Shown piece by piece: positions 30,257-39,487 of a stretch of DNA of 64,000 nt (its first letter is position 1; every line of letters begins with the position of its first letter). A program made the position numbers and the translations under genes. The stretch spans positions 5,450 through 69,449 of the forward strand of contig CAVVNC010000011.1 of assembly GCA_963749525.1 (NCBI GenBank). The letters run 5' to 3'. This DNA is from an uncultured delta proteobacterium (GTDB lineage Bacteria; Desulfobacterota; Syntrophorhabdia; Syntrophorhabdales; WCHB1-27). The notes below the pieces were generated by a model. That model had not been told where the DNA came from. It saw nothing but the letters and a program-made list of their open reading frames with translations, and made no database searches.

Positions 30257-30598
30257 CTACGAGCGGATCATGACGAGGAGCATCTTGAACCGCGTCAGGC
30301 CTTTGAGCGCGTGGGGATGACCTGCCGGCATGATGATCGCCTCCCCTGTGCTCACCCGGTGGTTGCGCCCTGATATGGTGATCTCCACCTCTCCTTCCAG
30401 CACGTGGACAAGGGCATCGAAAGGGGCCGTGTGCTCGCTCAACCCCTGTCGCTCGGCAAAGGCGAAGAGGGTCACCGTGCCGGTCGGCTTGTTCACGATC
30501 TCGCGGCTCACCACCGCGCCTTCCTGGTAGGCGACGAGATCGACCAGCTTCTCGGGCGCCGCGACTATCGTCTTCCCCTCGTTCTCAGGCTGTCCCAT
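30257..30598 (-). CDS. Cupin domain protein
   Basis: LSEHTAPFDA.V.VLEGE, MPAGHPHAL. Confidence 0.9.
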   Translation of the reverse strand: MGQPENEGKTIVAAPEKLVDLVAYQEGAVVSREIVNKPTGTVTLFAFAERQGLSEHTAPFDALVHVLEGEVEITISGRNHRVSTGEAIIMPAGHPHALKGLTRFKMLLVMIRS

Positions 30599-30616
30599 GT
30601 TTCACCTCTCCTTATT

Positions 30617-30736
30617 AGCGTTCCGCAGAATTCATTCCCGTTACCGACCGGCTCCATCTTTTCCTTCGCTACGCTAGGCTTTCGCTTTAGGAAAAGATTA
30701 CGCCGGGGCAATCGTTGCTTTATTCTGCGGAACGCT
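30617..30736. mobile_element. MITE-like element, family F, copy 2 (120 bp)
   Basis: Same 15-bp TIR as 22223-22369; internal IR ATCTTTTCCT/AGGAAAAGAT. Confidence 0.85.
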
Positions 30737-30761
30737 CTAGTTGTTACGCCGCGTTCGTTCC

Positions 30762-31196
30762 TTATTCGCCTGTGCCCCACAGAAAGAGGTCCGTGGCCGG
30801 GTCCAATTCTCTCGTGAGGGCCGGCCCGTCGAACGCCTCGATGAAGCATTCGCAGGCGAAAATAATGGTTCCCGGCGCGAGATGACCCCCGTAGGCCCTG
30901 CCTTCCGCGTCTGCCAAGGTAACGTGGGCGTGGACAAAAGGCACGTTGTCCCGCAAGGTGACGTTCCCCGTGAGCTTCAGGATCTCGAGGGGCTTGTCCA
31001 CGGACACGGGCTTGTATTCGTGAGTCGCCTGATCGTAGTAGGAAAAACATGCCTTCTGCACCGCGCCCAGCGCCTCGACGCGGCCGAGGGTAACCCCGTG
31101 CTTCCTGCAGATATCGGTAATCTCCTCCAGCAAGTCGCTCTCCTTGCTCAGCCTCGCCATGAAACGCTCCCGCACCTCTACACGCTTTATCATCAT
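30762..31196 (-). CDS. PPC domain (DUF296) protein
   Basis: LEILKLTGNV, FVHAHVTL, YGGHL. Confidence 0.9.
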   Translation of the reverse strand: MMIKRVEVRERFMARLSKESDLLEEITDICRKHGVTLGRVEALGAVQKACFSYYDQATHEYKPVSVDKPLEILKLTGNVTLRDNVPFVHAHVTLADAEGRAYGGHLAPGTIIFACECFIEAFDGPALTRELDPATDLFLWGTGE

Positions 31197-31289
31197 ATCC
31201 TGTCCTCGCTTTTCTTTTTAGCGGCGTGACCGACATGGCCCGTCGCGTCTTTCTACAAAGATAACAAAGAACGGCGAAGAATGCACCTT

Positions 31290-31465
31290 CGTGATGCCAG
31301 GGCACGCACATTCTTGCCCTGACCGTGGTGTCAGGGCAAGCACATTCTTGCCCTGACCGTGGTGCCAGGGCAAGCCCATTCTTGCCCTGACCGTGGTGTC
31401 AGGGCATGCCCTGACCGTGGTGTCAGGGCAAACCAATTAAGCCCATTCTTGCCCTGACCGTGATG
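31290..31465. repeat. Tandem array of 24-bp palindromes (REP-like)
   Basis: TGCCCTGACCGTGGTGTCAGGGCA at 31315, 31349, 31383 and 31407, partial copies at both ends; constant linkers. Confidence 0.9.
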
Positions 31466-32141
31466 GGGAAATCCCGGATAAGGCCTTGGCGCGTCCGTCT
31501 TTTCGAGTCTGCCCTACGCGGCTCATGGCGATCTTAGGACCCTCGCGTAGTCCAGGCTATCAAGAATCTCCTACACCAAGAATCTCACTCTCCCGACAGA
31601 CAGAGTCGACTACCCTGGGGTACACCTTTCCTAGAGCCATAGAGCAGAAACTCGATTGATTTTCTCAACCAAAGACGTGGGTGAGGCGGGCTTTGTGCGT
31701 GACATGGAGGAACCGAAGCCTAAAGCGGATAAGGCGGGCAAGATCCGGAGAGCCTCAGACTCACCTTCGACGCGAGCCTTTTTCTTGACTTTTTCAGATA
31801 GGTTCTGCTATGCAAGAGGATCACGATTGCTGGAGATATATGGGTATTGCCTCAATGTCGCTTTCGGCACTGCCATGCGATGCGACCCGATGATCGTCCC
31901 TTCGAGACTGCGGTTCGGGCCGCGTGACGCTCGGTTTGGCGGGGCTGGCATGCCCATTATGGGCTCGGAAACGGATTTGACGAGGGTCCTCGGCCTCTTC
32001 CCTGATTCGGCGAGATGATCACGGGAATACGGCGGCGCACCACAACCTTACGAGAGACGGGGATACTGATCGCGCTATCGTGCCGGCAAGGCCAGATGAG
32101 GGGCGGTGCGAGATGCGGCACTTAAGTTCACGGAGGCGTTG

Positions 32142-34163
32142 ATGAAACGGATCGCGGTTGATATCGGCGGGACCTTTACGGACATCGTCTATATTGATGA
32201 GGAGGCCGAGCAGATTATCGCGGACAAGGTCCGGAGCACGCCCTCGGACATAGGACGAGCTGTTTTCGAGGCCATCAAGAAGATCGGCGTCGACATGAGG
32301 GAGGTGAGCATCTTCGTTCACGGAACCACGGTCGGGCTTAACACCGTGGTGCAGAGGGCCGGCGCCAGGGTGGGGCTGATAACGACCGACGGCTTCAGCG
32401 ACGTCCTGGAGATGGCCAGAGGGGACCGGAAAGAGCTCTACAACTACCTGTGGAAGAAGCCGAAGCCCCTTGTGCCGCGCCACTTGCGCCTTGGCATAAA
32501 GGAGCGGACCGACCATCTGGGGCGGATAGCGCAGAAGGTGAGCGCGAAGGAAGTGAAAGATGTGCTCAAGAAGCTAAAGGAGCAAGGGGTGGAGTCGATC
32601 GCCGTTTGCCTGCTCCATTCTTATGCCAACCCCGAAAACGAGGAAAGGGTGGGGCGGATCATCCGCGAGAACTGGCCCGAGGCGGCAGTCTCGATGAGCA
32701 GTCACGTGGCACGGGAATTCAGGGAATATGAGCGCATGAGCACCACTGTCCTGGACGCCTACATAAAGCGTAGGGTCGCCGAATATCTGGGCGCCTTGAG
32801 TGAGAATCTGGAAAAGATCCGCTTCGGCGGCCAGCTCCTCATCGTGAGCCCGAGCGGCGTCCTCGGGGTCAACGCCATAAGGGAGAAGACCATAGCCACC
32901 TTTGCCTCAGGTCCGATCGGCGGCGTCTCGGGCTCGATGTACATTTCCAGGCTCAGCGGCTACAAGGACCTCGTCACCATGGACGTGGGGGGGACGAGCT
33001 TCGACGTCTCCCTGATCAAGGACGGCGAGGGCGTCATACGCCATCAGTCGGAGCTGCTGGGGTACCCGGTGCTTATGCCGGGCATGGATATCCGGCCCAT
33101 CGGCGCCGGCGGAGGGAGCATCGCCAGGGTGGACTCGGGGGGGCTTCTCACCGTAGGTCCTGAGAGCGCCGGAGCAGACCCCGGTCCAATGTGCTACGGC
33201 CTGGGGGGAACGGAGCCGACCGTAACGGACGCAGCCCTGGTGAACGGCTTCATCGATCCCGATTTCTTTCTTGGCGGTGAGATCAAGCTCGATGCGAACC
33301 TTGCAAGAAAAGGCATCGCCGCGATTGCTTCGAGGCTGGGCTTAAGCCTTAACGAGACCGCCGATGGGATCCTCACCGTGGCTCGCAACAACATGACAAC
33401 GGCCACGAAGGAGATACTCATCGGCCAGGGGTATGATCCGCGGGACTTCACCCTCATGTCGTACGGCGGCGCAGGCGGCATCTTCGCCACCGGCATCGCG
33501 CAAGACATGTCAATATCACGCGTCATCATCCCGCCTACCCCCGGCGTCTTCTCGGCCCGGGGCATGCTCACCATGGACCTGACCCACACCTTTGTCCGGA
33601 CTTACGCCCGCTCCCTGGATACGATCGATATCAAGGAGCTGACAGAGACATATAGGGAGATGGAAAAGGCGGGCCGAACCATGCTCGAAGAGGAGGCCAT
33701 TCCAAAGGACGCCATGCGCTTCGTGAGGTCAATGGACATGTGCTACGAAGGCCAGGGCCACTATGTGGAGGTCCCTGTTGAGTCAGGGGATCTGGGGCAG
33801 GCGGCGCTGCGGTCCATCGTCGAGTCCTTCCACTCCCTTCACAGAATAAAGTATGGCCATCAGATGGATGCCCCCCCGAAGACGATCAATGTGCGGATGA
33901 AGGCGATCGGCAAGATCAAGGAGATACCGGTCAAGAAGAACCCGGACGTGCGGAAGATAGCTCCTGATGCGTTCAAGAAGCCCCGGAGGGTCTATTTTCA
34001 AGGGGCCAACGCTAGCTGGAAAGTCCTCGACCGGGGGAAGCTCGCCTCGGGCAACTCCCATGCGGGCCCCGTGATCGTCGAAGAACCCCACCATATCACC
34101 GTGGTCACGCCGGGTGAGACGGTAAAGGTGGATAGGTACCGGAACCTGGTCATCACCCTTTGA
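32142..34163 (+). CDS. Hydantoinase A/oxoprolinase family protein
   Basis: DIGGTFTD, HGTT, SGPIGG, DVGGTSFD, IGAGGGS, PTVTDA. Confidence 0.95.
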   Translation: MKRIAVDIGGTFTDIVYIDEEAEQIIADKVRSTPSDIGRAVFEAIKKIGVDMREVSIFVHGTTVGLNTVVQRAGARVGLITTDGFSDVLEMARGDRKELYNYLWKKPKPLVPRHLRLGIKERTDHLGRIAQKVSAKEVKDVLKKLKEQGVESIAVCLLHSYANPENEERVGRIIRENWPEAAVSMSSHVAREFREYERMSTTVLDAYIKRRVAEYLGALSENLEKIRFGGQLLIVSPSGVLGVNAIREKTIATFASGPIGGVSGSMYISRLSGYKDLVTMDVGGTSFDVSLIKDGEGVIRHQSELLGYPVLMPGMDIRPIGAGGGSIARVDSGGLLTVGPESAGADPGPMCYGLGGTEPTVTDAALVNGFIDPDFFLGGEIKLDANLARKGIAAIASRLGLSLNETADGILTVARNNMTTATKEILIGQGYDPRDFTLMSYGGAGGIFATGIAQDMSISRVIIPPTPGVFSARGMLTMDLTHTFVRTYARSLDTIDIKELTETYREMEKAGRTMLEEEAIPKDAMRFVRSMDMCYEGQGHYVEVPVESGDLGQAALRSIVESFHSLHRIKYGHQMDAPPKTINVRMKAIGKIKEIPVKKNPDVRKIAPDAFKKPRRVYFQGANASWKVLDRGKLASGNSHAGPVIVEEPHHITVVTPGETVKVDRYRNLVITL

Positions 34164-34177
34164 GAGGAGATGCGGCG

Positions 34178-35935
34178 ATGAAAAAGGTAGACCCCATAAC
34201 CCTGGCCGTGGTTCGAAACAACCTGATATCGGTCGCAAACGGCATGCAGGAGACCGCGTTCCGCTGCGCGGTCACGACGTATCTGTACGAAATCATGGAT
34301 TGCAGCTTCTCTCTCCTGGATGATGAGGCGGGTGTGATCGCCGAGGCCCACGGCATGCTTCTCTTTCTCGGCAGCCTCGGCCCCGCGGTCAGAAACTGCA
34401 TCGGCCTCATAGGAAAAGAGAATCTGTCGCCCGGAGACGTCATCGTGGCGGCCCATCCGGATATTACCGGGGCCCACACGTCCGACGCCCTCGTCTTCTC
34501 TCCCATTTTCTATAAGAAAAGGCTTTTCGGCTTCGCGGCCACGAAATCGCATTGGCTCGACCTCGGGGCGAAGGACGCCTTTCCCACCAACTCGAGGAGC
34601 GCCTTCGAGGAGGGTCTGCGCATACCCCCGGTCCGGATTTACCGGAAGGGAGAGCTCCAGCAGGACATCTGGGAAATCATCAGGAACAACTCGCGAACGC
34701 CGGACATGGTGTGGGGCGACATGCAGGCACAGATAGCAGGCTGCCGGTTCGCCGAAAAGGGCGTTACAGAGCTGCTCGACCGGTACGGCGAGGCTACGGT
34801 GCGCGCGTGCATCGGCGAGATGTACGATTACAGCGAGCGCATAATCAGGCAGGCCATAGAGCAGATTCCCGACGGAACCTACTGCGCCGAGGACTTTCTC
34901 GACGACAACGGCATCGATTTCGACGCGCCCCTTCCTGTGAGAATCGCCATTACAGTCAAGGGAAGCGACATGACCATCGACCTTTCGGGCTCTGCGCCCG
35001 AGCAGCCGGGACCGGTAAACGGGCTTCTGATCAGCACCATTTCGGGCGCGAGGGTCTCCGTAAAGGCACTGATGGTGCCGGAGCTTCCCGGCAACGAAGG
35101 GTTCGCGAGGCCCATCAAAGTCATCGCACCCGTTGGGAGCATTTTCAATTCCACACCGGGCAAGCCTTCCTTCCTCCACTCCTGGGTAGCCCAGACTATC
35201 ATGGATCTCGTCAACAAGGCGCTCCACCAGGTCCTTCCCGAGAAAGTACCCGCCCTTTCGGGGGCAGACGTGGTCTGCGAGGGCTTCGCCGGGGTGGACC
35301 CGAAAACCGGAAGATACTGGGGCACCCTCACGCCGGTCGTCATCGGGCAGGGAGGGGACTCCGCGTCGGACGGCGAGAGCTTCCTCTATCCCCTTTCGGC
35401 AGGGGCATGCAGGAACACGCCGACTGAGGTGCTCGAGTCGACCTTTCCCCTCGTTGTCGACAGGTGCGAGCTCATACCCGACAGCGGCGGCCCGGGCCGT
35501 CACAGAGGCGGGGTCGGGTCGAGGACGGTCTTCAGGCTTACCACGCCGGGCATCTTCTACGCCACCATCGAGAAGGGCAAGATACCTCACTGGGGCATCT
35601 TCGGCGGGAAAGAGGGGCTGCGCAACTACGCCCTCGTCCACTCGAAGAAGCAAGGCGAGTTCGAGGTATTGAAGAACCCTGCCGTGTTTCTCGATGCCGG
35701 GGACAGCGTCAGTGTCACCGCCGGCGGCGGCGGGGGCTACGGGGATCCCCTGGAGAGGGATCCCGAGGCGGTCCGCGAGGACGTCATCGAGGGTTATGTG
35801 ACGCCTGAGAAGGCCCGAAGGGACTATGGGGTCGTGATGAGGCCCGGGACCTTCGAGATCGACCGGAAGGCGACCAGCGCGCTGAGAAAAGGCAAGGCAA
35901 GAGCGAAGGCAGCGTTGGGGCAAAAAGGGAAGTGA
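34178..35935 (+). CDS. Hydantoinase B/oxoprolinase family protein
   Basis: DPITL, HTSD, HWLDLG, DSGGPGRHRGG, GGGGGYGDPLERDP. Confidence 0.95.
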   Translation: MKKVDPITLAVVRNNLISVANGMQETAFRCAVTTYLYEIMDCSFSLLDDEAGVIAEAHGMLLFLGSLGPAVRNCIGLIGKENLSPGDVIVAAHPDITGAHTSDALVFSPIFYKKRLFGFAATKSHWLDLGAKDAFPTNSRSAFEEGLRIPPVRIYRKGELQQDIWEIIRNNSRTPDMVWGDMQAQIAGCRFAEKGVTELLDRYGEATVRACIGEMYDYSERIIRQAIEQIPDGTYCAEDFLDDNGIDFDAPLPVRIAITVKGSDMTIDLSGSAPEQPGPVNGLLISTISGARVSVKALMVPELPGNEGFARPIKVIAPVGSIFNSTPGKPSFLHSWVAQTIMDLVNKALHQVLPEKVPALSGADVVCEGFAGVDPKTGRYWGTLTPVVIGQGGDSASDGESFLYPLSAGACRNTPTEVLESTFPLVVDRCELIPDSGGPGRHRGGVGSRTVFRLTTPGIFYATIEKGKIPHWGIFGGKEGLRNYALVHSKKQGEFEVLKNPAVFLDAGDSVSVTAGGGGGYGDPLERDPEAVREDVIEGYVTPEKARRDYGVVMRPGTFEIDRKATSALRKGKARAKAALGQKGK

Positions 35936-36011
35936 CCGGCGAGTTCGGGGAGCAAGGCGGCCGTAACGAATGTCGATGCTTCATCGATCCTGCCCTCAGG
36001 AGGGCTCACAC

Positions 36012-37898
36012 ATGTTGGCTGAATACGGGTACATGGGGAAGATGCTCTTCGTCGATCTGACGAATAGAAAGACCCACGAGGAGGATCTCACCGAGGAGCT
36101 TGCGCGCGGATACGTCGGAGGCTACGGCATCGGGGCGCGCATCATCTATGAGCGAACCGTACCGGGCATCGATCCCCTCGGGCCGGAAAACATACTCGGC
36201 ATAGGGACGGGCCCCTTTACCGCCTGCGGTCCGGTCTCCACGAGCCGCTTCATCACCATGGGCAAGTCCCCTCTCACGGGATACTGGGGCGATGCGAACA
36301 GCGGAGGCAATTTCGCCCCCAGCCTCAAGGCCGCCGGCTACGATATCGTCTTTTTCCAAGGCAAAGCCGACCATCCCGTCTACCTCCTCGTCACCGACGA
36401 CAGGGTAGAGATCAAGGACGCGCCCCACCTCTGGGGAAAGAACTCGGTGGAGACCGAGGATCTCATCCGGGCAGAGGTTGGAAACCGGAGCCTGAAGGTT
36501 GCCTGCATCGGCACGGCCGGGGAGCGGCTCGCCCGCATTGCCGCCATCATGAACGACACCGGAAGGGCGGCTGCCCGTTCCGGACTCGGCGCGGTCATGG
36601 GTTCGAAGAACCTGAAAGCGCTGGCCTGCGGGGGTTCGAAGAAGCCGCGAGTGTTCGACAGGCAGATGGTGCAGACCCTCAACAAGCAGGTGCTGAAGCA
36701 GATTGCCGATGCCGGTCCGGGGATCCAGCTTCTGAAAAGCATGGGGACCGCAGGCGCCATGGTGCCCCATCTCGCCATGCATGCCACGCCGATCAAGAAT
36801 TTTGGGGGGAACAATGTCGATGATTTTCCGGAGGAGAGATGGGGAAGGGTAGGCTTCGAGGCCCTTGAGAAATATGTGGTAAAGAAGTACGCGTGCACGG
36901 GCTGTCCGATCGCGTGCGGCGGCATATTGACCGTCGGGGAGGGACGATATGCTGCGAAGAACGTCCACAAGCCCGAATACGAGACCTTGGGCGCTTTCGG
37001 CCCCAATTGCCTCATCGACGACATGGACGCGCTGATCTACGTGAACGAGCTGTGCAACCTGGCCGGCTTCGACACCATCTCGGCCGGCTGCGCCGTCTCC
37101 CTTGCCATAGAATGTTACGAGAACGGCCTTCTCACGAGAAGCGAGACTGACGGCCTCGAGCTGACCTGGGGCAATACGGATGCCATGATCGAGCTGCTGA
37201 AGAAGATGTGCGTCCGGGAGGGTATAGGCGATCTCTTTGCGGACGGTCCGAGGGAGGCGGCCCGGAGAATAGGGCGGGGCGCAGAACGGCTCTCCATGGA
37301 CGTGGGTGGCGAGGGAATTCCCATGCACGACCCGAGGGAGGCCGACGGTTGGGGGGCAGCCTACGTCGCGGACCCGACCCCTGCAAGGCACACAAGGTCG
37401 GGGACGCAGTTTGCCGAGGCAGGGCATGCAAACCCTGCGTTCATGGACATGCTGGGTATTCCCCGCACGCTTGAAAAGTACTCTTCCAAGGGCAAGGGAA
37501 CGCCTCACGCGAGGATCAGGGCGTGGATGCATCTCGTGAACAACACCGGCCTCTGCATCTTCTGCCACGACTCGCTCGACTACCATCCGCTCAGGGAGCT
37601 CCTCGGCGCCGTCACCGGGCGGGAGGCGACGGTCGAGGAACTCATCAAGACGGGGATGAGGATCTCTACCTTGCTCCACGCCTTCAATCTGAGGGAGGGA
37701 TTCAAACCCGAGCACTTCACGATGCCGGCACGGGCGGCAGGGGATCCTCCGTTCAAGGTCGGCCCTTTCAAGGACAGGACCATCGATTTCGAAGAGCTGA
37801 AATGGGAGTACTACCGGGCCATGGGGTTTGACTGTAAAACGGGCGCCATCGAGCAGGGGCACATCAAGGATTTGGGGCTGCAGACCCTTTTGAGGTAA
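36012..37898 (+). CDS. Tungsten-type aldehyde:ferredoxin oxidoreductase
   Basis: KSPLTG, GAVMGSKNLKA, CTGCPIAC, PEYET, DTIS, HDPR. Confidence 0.93.
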   Translation: MLAEYGYMGKMLFVDLTNRKTHEEDLTEELARGYVGGYGIGARIIYERTVPGIDPLGPENILGIGTGPFTACGPVSTSRFITMGKSPLTGYWGDANSGGNFAPSLKAAGYDIVFFQGKADHPVYLLVTDDRVEIKDAPHLWGKNSVETEDLIRAEVGNRSLKVACIGTAGERLARIAAIMNDTGRAAARSGLGAVMGSKNLKALACGGSKKPRVFDRQMVQTLNKQVLKQIADAGPGIQLLKSMGTAGAMVPHLAMHATPIKNFGGNNVDDFPEERWGRVGFEALEKYVVKKYACTGCPIACGGILTVGEGRYAAKNVHKPEYETLGAFGPNCLIDDMDALIYVNELCNLAGFDTISAGCAVSLAIECYENGLLTRSETDGLELTWGNTDAMIELLKKMCVREGIGDLFADGPREAARRIGRGAERLSMDVGGEGIPMHDPREADGWGAAYVADPTPARHTRSGTQFAEAGHANPAFMDMLGIPRTLEKYSSKGKGTPHARIRAWMHLVNNTGLCIFCHDSLDYHPLRELLGAVTGREATVEELIKTGMRISTLLHAFNLREGFKPEHFTMPARAAGDPPFKVGPFKDRTIDFEELKWEYYRAMGFDCKTGAIEQGHIKDLGLQTLLR

Positions 37899-38022
37899 CA
37901 TGTGAACTGCGCCAGAGAAGGAGGTGTGCCAACGCCGATTCGATCGATCGCGAACAAAGGTGGAAAAAGGGAAAGAACAAAGCGAAACTTGAAGAAAAAA
38001 ACTATAGAAGGGGAGGGATGAC

Positions 38023-39210
38023 ATGAAGAAGTGGGGAGTAGTGGCGATCATGTCCTGCGCGCTTCTGGTGGCGGGGACGTTCTTTCAATCGGTGCTTTCC
38101 AATGAGGCCCTGGCCGAGACCAAGACCTTGAAAATAGGCCTGATTTCGTCGGTCACAGGTCCACTTGCGCCCGCGTTCCTCACAAATCTGGAAGGGGCCA
38201 AGCCTACGGCGGAATTTCTCAATCAGAGGGGGGGCATCACAATCAAAGGCCAGAAGTACAACATAGAGATCGTCGCCGAGGACGACCAATCCACGCCGCC
38301 GGGAGCGGTGACGGCGATGAACAAGCTGATGCAGGCGGGGGTAAAGTTTATCGTTCCCCCCATGTTCATGCCGTGCGACATGGCGATTGCACCGATTGCG
38401 GAAGGGGCGAAAATACTGCGCATGAAGTCCTACGGGGCCGGTCGGGATGAGCTGAATCCGGATACCAAGTTCATGTTCTACGAGTATACGAGCGTCTACA
38501 ACGTTCACGTGGTCCATGACTACATGAAGGCGAAGTACCCGAAGGTAAAAAAGATCGCCGTCATCACGCCCGATGATCCCGGCGCCAAGACCTTCCAGGA
38601 TTTGACCAAGAAGGAGATCGAGAAGCAGGGTACGGAGATAGTCTTCTGGGAGGCTTTCAGGCCCTCGACCGAGGACTTCTATCCCATATTGACGAAGGCC
38701 CTGGAAAAGAAGCCTGACGCCATAGACATCATCGTGTCGATTCCGCCGTGGAGCGCCGCCATCATCAATCAATCGAGGGAGCTGGGATTCACGGGTCCCG
38801 TCTTTGCTCCTTGTCTTTTCGGGGACATCAACGTAGTGAAGTCGATGGTCCAGCCGGACTACGCGTACGACCTCTTTCACGGAGGGCCTGACGTTCAGAG
38901 TCCCGCGATGCCCCAGATGATCAAGGACTTCCGGCCGGTCGTCGAGAAGTTCACGAAAACCCCGTACGACATGGGACACACGATTACCATGGAAGCGGTC
39001 TATTGCCTCGCGAAGGCCATCGAGAAGGCGCAGAGCCTCGATCCGGAACAGGTGGCGAAAACCTTGGAAAGCATGAAGACGGTCGACACCGTATTCGGGC
39101 CTGCCAAGATGGGGGGCATGGACATGTTCGGCATCAATCACGCGATACTGAGACAGATCGTCATCTCGCGCATCATGAAGGGCAAGGTGGAGACCGAATT
39201 CCCCAAGTAG
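38023..39210 (+). CDS. Branched-chain amino acid-type ABC substrate-binding protein; no permease in the window
   Basis: Signal peptide, LKIGLI..TGP, NQRGGI, EDDQS. Confidence 0.88.
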   Translation: MKKWGVVAIMSCALLVAGTFFQSVLSNEALAETKTLKIGLISSVTGPLAPAFLTNLEGAKPTAEFLNQRGGITIKGQKYNIEIVAEDDQSTPPGAVTAMNKLMQAGVKFIVPPMFMPCDMAIAPIAEGAKILRMKSYGAGRDELNPDTKFMFYEYTSVYNVHVVHDYMKAKYPKVKKIAVITPDDPGAKTFQDLTKKEIEKQGTEIVFWEAFRPSTEDFYPILTKALEKKPDAIDIIVSIPPWSAAIINQSRELGFTGPVFAPCLFGDINVVKSMVQPDYAYDLFHGGPDVQSPAMPQMIKDFRPVVEKFTKTPYDMGHTITMEAVYCLAKAIEKAQSLDPEQVAKTLESMKTVDTVFGPAKMGGMDMFGINHAILRQIVISRIMKGKVETEFPK

Positions 39211-39326
39211 CTCCCTTCTCTTATGTCTTTTGGGCCGGCTCATCCGAAAAGGGACCGGCGGGGGCCGGCCCATGGCGCCAAAGGAGTCGGGGACGGGCCT
39301 CTTCGACAGGCAAGGGAGCGGTTCTT

Positions 39327-39399
39327 GTGTTCCGCCCGTAAGCGAAACCGTGTGTTGCGCCCGTGGGCACAACCGGGTGTTCCGCCCATGGGCGAAACC
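39327..39399. repeat. Three tandem REP-like units with 25-bp period
   Basis: GTGTT(C/G)CGCCC(G/A)T..GC(GA/AC)AACC at 39327, 39352 and 39377. Confidence 0.7.
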
Positions 39400-39487
39400 T
39401 TGACACGTAGATCGAAAAGGCCGGAAACCGATAGGGTTGCACGGACGGCACCGGAGTGTGTCGGCTAAAAAGACGGGAGAGAAAGGC

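Noticed and set aside
31290-31465. CRISPR array
   Set aside because: Linkers are 0-19 bp and near-identical, there are no unique spacers and no cas genes
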